DNA of 62,982 nt, counting the filler, from Collodictyon triciliatum (taxonomy: Eukaryota), in assembly GCA_043381765.1 (NCBI GenBank). It is 3 parts of 3 records of this genome, joined end to end, with 100 filler letters (N's around TTAATTAATTAA, not from the genome) between each part and the next. Parts side by side here need not be neighbours in the genome. Positions count along the whole stretch, not along the records: positions 47,673 to 62,982 come from JBHJMP010001092.1; 2 more parts are not named here. The stretch is one strand, 5' to 3'. The notes under the pieces are model-generated. The model saw only the letters and a program-made list of their open reading frames with translations, was not told the origin of the DNA and did not search any database. Positions 55,101 to 62,982 of this stretch are shown here, in pieces; position 1 is the stretch's first letter; every line of letters begins with the position of its first letter. A program made the position numbers and the translations under genes.

Positions 55101-58100
55101 TTCATATCATGAATTTTTGCAATTCATCGAGCATTTTCCTGGTTAACTAGTACACCTCAAATAGAGCCTTGAGCAAGATTTTAACAGTTTCACTGATACG
55201 ATACGAACCGGACCATCTCCTTCAATAATTGACGAGTACCTTCAAAAAGCACTTACTGTTTTGAATAATATGGAAGACGGTATGATTTTTTCCTATACTT
55301 GTACATTCTAGTTTGACTTTATAACATACCGGTGTTTTTTTTTTAAGCTACGTGTGATTGTTCATAATCATAGATATGATTCTACTACTCGAAATCTGAT
55401 TATTTTTTTTTATTTTTTTGCTGTGCAACAATATTTTCTTTATTTTATTCAGGATTTCGCCAATACCAAGAAAAAACAGTGGTTGTCAAACAAGAATTGA
55501 TTCCATCGCTTCAGCTTCAATACGACGAATATGAACGCAGTCTATGTCAATATTTCAAACTTATCAAAGGACCGCAAATACCCAAGTATTACTTTGTTTG
55601 CTGCCACAATCTTTTCCATGTTAACCTGTTGAAAGGCCGTGATTTTTAACCTTATCGAATTGGTCATCCAGTTCGGAGAGAGCAGAGTCGCCTGACACAG
55701 ATGGCTCTCGGTCGGTCACTGGTGGGTCACGACAGCCACGCGGACGGAAAAGAGATGGCACAACGGAAGGAAAGATTAGTAAGAGTCCATCCCAGACAAG
55801 GTTTTTCTTATTTCCTCAGAAAGAATGAGACACTTACCTGGGTTTTTTTTAATGTGCGCTATGTTTTGCAGCATATCCACTGTTTTGCACATTTATATAT
55901 ATTTAAGCCTTGATTTGTTCGAAATTAGGGCAGCCACCCCAGAGCGGGACAGATATAGCTCCATCAGCCGCAGTACTTCACAATATGATGCTGTAATGAT
56001 TCAGCGAGTTTCATCGAAATTTATCACCATTTTCTAAAAATTAATACCTGAAGAAAAACAAGCTTCCAAAATAACAACTCTTTCATAAAATAATATTACG
56101 TATAAACATTCAAAGTACAAGAAAATACCAAAAAGAAAATAAATAAAAATCAAAAGCGTAAGATATGAAAGAAGAATAAAATATATAAATATAATTCACT
56201 TTCATATTATATTCTTATATCATCGAATGAATCTCATTTGTTTTAATTGCTGTTTAATTCAGCTTTGGCGAGGTCAGTGGGTGGAAGAAACAACCGGTTT
56301 CACATCGGCAAAAGGGTATCGCTACATTTTTATGCCGTTCGAACCAGAGCCCAAGCTTGAGCAACGTAAGTTTTCTTTTGTCCATCCGTTCCTTTCTTAT
56401 CTGGTTACTTTTTTTTTAAAAGAAAAAATCGAATAGTTATGATAGAAAAAATAGAAAACATGTGGAGATACTGGTCAACACGCTCAACAAAATATCATTT
56501 AAAGCTGCGGCCCCAGTTGCGGAGGAATTGGCAAAGCCTGATGAGAAAATGCTCAAGAAGGACAAAGCAGCCAAGGATATGAAAGATACAAAGGACGCAA
56601 AGGACACAAAGGACCCTAAAAAGCCCGAAAAAGAGCTTAAAATCGAGAAGAAAGACGTCAAACCAACTCCAGAGCCACCAGTTGTGCCAGAAGAGGTAAC
56701 ATTATCTCAATACCCCTTCTGATATTAACTCATAATTTAAAGATAATCTGCTGACAAAATAAATTTCATATTGCATGCTAATTATCTAATAGAAACAGGA
56801 GCCTTCTGTCATCGCTGACCTGTCAGTCCCCATAGATCCGAGCGGAATCGAGCTCCTCATCGTATTTACTCTATTATTGCATTTATCTGGTCATGTAACT
56901 TGTGTTCGATGATTTGTTTCTCTTGTTACTGTCTGAAAATAAAGTGCATTCTCCAATCCCTCTCTTAAATCATCGTACAGGAATATAGTTTGCCTTTGGA
57001 TGATGTAGTGCAGTCAAAACGATACATTCGAACCTCCTTAATAAACGATTGCGAAGCAACATCTGTTTCTGTCGTCGATGCCACCCGAGAAAAGGTGAGT
57101 GTGGGTCTACAAAATATCTTATGATAGCCCTCATAAACAGTTCACTCCCAACGAGTTGTTTGATGTTAACAAATTTCAAAAAATAGGTGAAGCAGTTTAT
57201 CGATGTTTCCACAAAATCTTTGAATGACCAGCTTAGACAACATAGGCCCCGTGCAGGTAGCTATACTTTGTGACTATCGTTAGTTATAATTTTTTTTATA
57301 TTAGAATCTGAAGTGAATTGTGTAAATTATGTGAATTGTGTGAATTTTAACATTACAAACATTAAGTTGAGCCAATCAAAATCTCACTCGGCAAATCCTA
57401 CTTTTAACTCAAAAGGCCAACTTGAACTCGATGTGCATAACATCCGATTGGGAGAGCTGACCAGCAACAGACAGAAATTTGAGAGACATGCCCAGGTTTC
57501 CTCCCATACTTATAATAATAATAATTGGAGTGGCGTTGTTTCGTACATTACTATTACTTTACTGCATTTTTTTTTATCATTAATGTGATATTTTGATCGG
57601 AAGTCCATAGTACACCTTGGTGACAGGCAGCAAAAAGAATTTGATGACCTATTTGAAAAAGTATACCTAGTTACAAAAATAAACATATTTTAATAGATAT
57701 AATATTATAAGTTCAATTTATACAGAGCATTCTCTACTAGATTCCTATCTCATTCACGACTGGTTTTGATCTCCTTCATTTGAAATAAAAATCCATATGT
57801 GCAGGCAGAGAAGTATTTTGCCGAGTTTACAAAAAATATGAGACAGCAAAGTGCACACCTGACGAACGTTGATAACACAAACTCTCTCCAAGTTTTGGAA
57901 AGGGCAACTGCAAAAGTACTTTAATAACCGACATAAGAACCCATATTTAGCTTCTTCGTGCCTTTCCCCATATTTATCTTATATATGAATTCGTGTGGAT
58001 TTTATTCAGAAGTATGTCTTTGTTCTGCGTCTCACTACAAAAGTCAATATTCCTTACACTTATTAACATTCAAATCTCGACAAAGATTCACTTCACTTTT

Positions 58101-61100
58101 GTTGAGGGGATGCGTGAGCGCACAAACGCCATGAAGAAAAGAGCAGAGGAGATGCAAACAAACCTTTCACATGGCAATGACGTTTTTTTAAAGGTATGAA
58201 ATATATTTGTCGAACCCCATGCGTTGAAACTGAGAGTTGCAATTTTATATTTAATATTTTGGGAAACTTTTTATATTTTTGTTTTCCATAACTTCAACGT
58301 CTGATTTTCATTAACCATGAACGAATGAAGGGCTGGAAGACCCTTTCGGAGGGTGGGTCGGTAAGTTCTGAGGAGCTGCAGTCATATAAGGTAACGTCCA
58401 ATCTCTTATTCTTCAAACGAAAAATGGACATCCTATGCTGTATGTAAAGAGTTCAGAAAATTTAACACAACCCTGTCAGATAAGTCAACTATTGAAATAT
58501 CATTTTATTCCTTTCTTCTTTTTTCCAACGGGAATTTTAGAACCGAATAGATGAGCTAGAAAGTCACACAGCTATTGTTTGCAAAGAGAGAATATCAACA
58601 GCGGAATCACTGGAAGAAAAACAACTGGATGAAGTTATTATTTATTAATTTATTTGATTGTTCTGTATGAAAATACTGGATAGCTATACCTTGCAATACC
58701 ATTATTGCCGGGGATCACTTACTACAAAGGAGTTGTTGTTCACCTTTTTATGTATAAAATCTATCTACTTAGCAAGATATATATATACATATTAGGCAAC
58801 AAGAATACTTAACAGTTTCAAGACCGAATACGCCTTGCATGCCCAAGATATCCTGTTACTTGAATCTTTGAGTATGAAATACAATGCTGTTCAGTCAAAA
58901 GTGCGAGCCGAGGTAAATTCCTTTTATACAGACAATCCCCATATCTGGATCAATTTTTTTGTTTTTCTTTTTTAATATAACAATTGTCCAATATGACTAG
59001 TTCATCGCCAGTGATAACGCCAAAAAAGGTATCGATACAGTGTTGGATGACTTGGAGCAGCTCTGCCAAAAAGACACAAAGAAAACTAAGGTCCATTCAG
59101 CATTTCACATCAAGAGGAAAGATACTTATTTAGAAACCAATGCTGCAAACGAGAGGATACTCATTCTTATTCTTGCATCAGGGTTCACTTCCGCAACAAA
59201 TTCTAAAGATGCTTGATCTATTGAGGCGTTCAATTTACAACAGAGCCCAATACCTTACAATACTTCAGAGCAAGATAGAATTGACAACAGTAAATATAGC
59301 TGAGGAGTCCAAGTGAGACACAACCCTCTCTTATTTCTCTCCTAATTTTTTCCATGTTCCTCCGTCATCGCATATCGATGTATATTTTTAAATGATTATT
59401 TAATGATGAGTGATTGATTTGATGTGTGCCCAGAGAACAATCGAGCACATCCCCACGCACCGCAATATTGGCTGCAAACCCAGCAGAGGATTCTGACCCG
59501 AAGAAAAAGAAGGATGATTCGTATGTACATTTATCAGTATCTATTCTCGACTCTGTAACTGACTGGATTTGTTGATGGTTACTGACATTGGGAGGTCTAT
59601 TATTCAACTAGGAGAAAGGGTGATGGTGGAAAGAAAGCTGTGTCAGCCAAGAGTGGTACTCAGTCACAACAAAGTCAGCAGCAAGCAACCGCCGCAAAAG
59701 GGTCAAAAGCAGCAGAGAAGAAGGAAATACCCAAGCCCGTTGAAAAAGAAAAACCTGTTATAATAGCCACTGTAAAAGATAACGTTACCGCCATTGTGTC
59801 AAATGCACGCCAAGATATCATGGCCTTGATTTCAGTTAGTTTTGGGTTCTAAATTTTTGATTAAATTGATTTTAAGAAGGGTAAACAATATCAGACACTA
59901 GACAATATCAATCTAATTTATTTGTTTTTCTTTCTGATTTTTATTTCCCCCCATTTCTTTCCACATTCGAATCAGACTTTTCTGCAATCAAAGTCCAAGG
60001 ACGCTATTACAAGACCAAATCAAATACCCCCTTCAACGGAGGAATTCATGCAGCGCGTTGATACCAATCTTCAAAAGCATTTCGAGGAGGCTGATTCGCA
60101 CAGAAAGTCTTGTGCACAAGGTATTGTGTGACCCTATACATTTTATGATGTTTTTTTTTTTAAAAAAAAAGACAGGTGAGTTTCATACGACCAATAAATG
60201 TGCAAATGAAATACCGCGCTTATCGTAAAAATCACTTGATAATCAATTACCCACAAGAATTGAGGGGTCAGGTCGTTCGTTTGTCGACACTGCTGCTAAG
60301 AGCACCGAATGTCTTATTTAAAGATATCATGAGCTTCTGTCTTAATGGCGCTGCAGATAATCGGGCTGTTGCCGAGTCAAAGTATTCGTCAATCTCCTCT
60401 GCCCTTGAGGACCAAAGGGTAAGCATTCATAATGGCTCTTCCTCGCTCTTTATATCTTCTACATACTACACTCGATGAATTAAATATAAAATTCAGATTT
60501 GATGAAGCGAGCGCTCGAGTGTATCCCACTCGGATTTTATTTTTTTTAACAATCTAACCAAGGCAATTTTTACGATTATAGATTCGCCATGTGATGACTT
60601 TGAAACCATCGTACAGCCACCCGCAAATGAGACAACACCTAGACGAAGTTTGCCGCCAAGAGGTGTGTTCTTTGAATTGATTAGGCCATGCACTATTTCA
60701 TTGAAAGGCTTCCTAAATTATCGTCTGATATCTAACCTTTTTTCCTATCCGGACAGGAATCACGGATTGACAATTCTTTGGATGCATTTCATTCTCACAT
60801 ACGAGCTGTCCAAGTCAGCTTCATCACGACGACAAAAATATTTTTTTTTATCTATTCCTTGATAATTCCTTTCTGGTTGCCCTAAATGTTTATCTCTCTC
60901 TTTTTTTTTTTTGACAAATCATTAATCGATATCCCCTTACAAACACCAGGAAATCGAATCAGAATGGGCAACAAAATTTCTGGACAAAATGATATTTTAT
61001 TCAACAACACAGCTGCAACTACTGGACAGCATGGTTTTTCTAGAAGACCTTCTTCCAGGAGGTACGCTATGCTTCATTTCTGACTTGATTATTTGTTTCA

Positions 61101-61894
61101 GGATTTTACTCCCCGATAATCACTCTGCCGTCCTTGTGCCTTTCTCTCCTCCCCAGAACAACCTCTGGCAACAAAGAGGAAATCTCTCAAGCAACTGATT
61201 CGAGCCAACGAGTTGAAACAATCGGCTGCTGCCTCGGCTGCAACAACATCCATGGCAAATGGAGCAGGTTCCACGAGCGGTCCATTTCCTATCAGAACAT
61301 GGGCTGGGCTACCTCTGGGCGAGTTTGCTGCGCTGGTGACTATGCCAGGGGACGACGCCATGAGCACCGGACAGCCGGCCGCCTCAGGCACTGCAAACCC
61401 CGCCTCCTCCAAACCAAAGTCAATATCCGGCAGGGAGTCAGTCAAGAAAATGGCTGGTGATAGTGGACCACAATCGCGAGATGGTAATCTTGGCTACGTT
61501 TCACGACTCTGTGCGTATATGTCTGGATTGTGTGCTGAACGCAATATCTTTTGTAGACCCCAGCCGCAATCGCCAGTCCCCATCCCAAACAACAAATGAC
61601 ACACCTGCGCATCGCGCTGTTGTTTCACTTCGAGACCAGGTTTACACGCAATACCGTTCGCAGTTCGAGATTCAACAAACAGCTATTCGCGAGCGTCTGG
61701 AAAATGGCATCACGAAGGAACAGCGATGGAGGGCCGAGTGGCGCGCTTCGATTCAAAACTTGCGAAGTCTCGCTGCCGAGCCCCTAGCAGCCCCAACGCA
61801 ATCGCTTAGTCCTTCGCACATTCCGAACTCCATCTCTCAAGCCACAATCGGCACCAGCGGAGTCTCTGCACAGGTTGTCTCGCGTCTGGGATAG
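52195..61894 (+). CDS. CCDC180: Coiled-coil domain-containing protein 180 (DUF4455 + DUF4456; cilia/flagella-associated), many exons
   Basis: N-part QLVNIGYHLDDDVERIL, LLLANRIAYAQL..EE...WRQLRH. C-part AITRPNQIP, ELRGQV, HVMTLKPSYSHP, TPAHRAVVSLRDQVY. Confidence 0.78.
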
Positions 61895-62028
61895 CCACAA
61901 AAAGTGGACGATATGCAGCATGCTTGTGATTATTTTCCCCTTTCCTCTTCTCACCTGAACTCGAACCGTCTGAATTCCTCTCCTTTTTATTCGACTTGAT
62001 TGCAATAAATAAATTAGTAAATAAGCTT

Positions 62029-62045
62029 GATTCTGGAATAAAGGG
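62029..62045 (+). mobile_element. Ultra-short insertion, degenerate copy 6
   Basis: GATTCTGGAATAAAGGG flanked by AAATAA(G/A)CTT (62019-62028, 62046-62055). Confidence 0.4.
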
Positions 62046-62149
62046 AAATAAACTTTCTCGGCAAAGGATAAAATCATCTGGCTCAGCGCCCTCATTGATT
62101 CAATTCAACTTCATCGAACACGTTGAAAACAATGATGAAAAGCCAAGGT

Positions 62150-62982
62150 TAGCCCGTGCATAGCCTAGCCTGCATCGAGAAATGCATTAATATTCGGCTG
62201 TTTGTGACTGACTCAGCACGACAAAAAGTGCAATCGAGAATGGACTCTTCAAAGACGAAGACTACTCTGTCCGCCTTCAGGGCAAGCGATGGCTTGTTCT
62301 CTCTCCCTCTCTCTCTCACAAACTGAAAGAATATCTGCGAGCAATAGCAAGCTGTGATGGAAGCCCGAAAGTGCTACGAAAAGAACGTGACGCTTGTGGT
62401 AGACAACCCTGCCCTCGAACTCAGAATCGCCTTCCCAAGAAAAGAAAACGCAGCAGCCTTCATTTAAGAGATACCTTTCATCTCCTCAATCGCCAACAAA
62501 CCCCCGATTTCTGGCCAAAATAATCTTCAAGGTCACGCACTAGTCCAAATATACCGCGGGTTTACTGAAACGACTGTTTTGAAGCCTGCAGTGAACACTT
62601 CACCCCAAGCAAAGTCAACTGGACAAAGCCTGGAGGAAATTTTTATTTCGGTTTCATTTCAGTTTATTTGGAATGATTGAGAAGAGCTTGGTGGGGAACG
62701 GCTTGGTAGGACGCGTGCTAGGGAAGCTCTTACAAAGGGGTGTCTGGGGGGGCATGGGGGTTTTCCAAGAAGGGCGGACGTGGAATAGAGGGGGGACAAT
62801 TCTGTGGGGTGTGTTTTTGTTAGGTCGAAGCTCGGCGTAGATATGGAATCTCATTCCTCTCCATGGAAGCACTCTTCTGGTGACGTCATTTTCTTCGAAA
62901 GTTGTGGGGTGTGCTCCGTTGTCCGGCGAAGCACACCCCGGCTGCCCTGGATTGGGTATAACTGAGGGCACAGGAGGAGGGC
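62150..62982. mobile_element. Possible decayed transposable element fragments (ORF1/gag-like)
   Basis: GC-richer, intronless, stop- and frameshift-broken coding-like sequence on + (62150-62640) and - (62654-62982). No clear diagnostic motif. Confidence 0.25.

Overview
Intron-rich, AT-rich eukaryotic genomic DNA, probably from a flagellated protist because it carries a CCDC180-like gene. It comprises three pieces joined by artificial 100-bp N44-TTAATTAATTAA-N44 spacers (22711-22810, 47573-47672). Host genes: two secreted alpha/beta hydrolases, an intronless GC-rich D-lactate dehydrogenase between tRNA-Pro(CGG) and tRNA-Gln(CTG), an SPX-VTC-DUF202 polyphosphate-complex subunit, FAM241-, METTL13- and BABAM1-like genes, the 3' part of RRP5, a SAARP-like surface protein, a SNF1/MARK-type kinase, CCDC180 and several unknown genes. 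The two most notable items are (1) a decayed ~2.1-kb Fanzor1 (eukaryotic TnpB-like RNA-guided nuclease) element at ~27533-29662 with hairpins near both ends, a structured putative omegaRNA and an 8-bp flanking direct repeat, and (2) a dispersed family of ~17-30-nt A-tailed insertions (TTTGAATCGAATAAAGG(G)An), most flanked by their own target-site duplications. A cluster of non-LTR retrotransposon remnants lies at 37.5-43.2 kb. Gene models were spliced by eye and family assignments come from motif recognition, not database searches.
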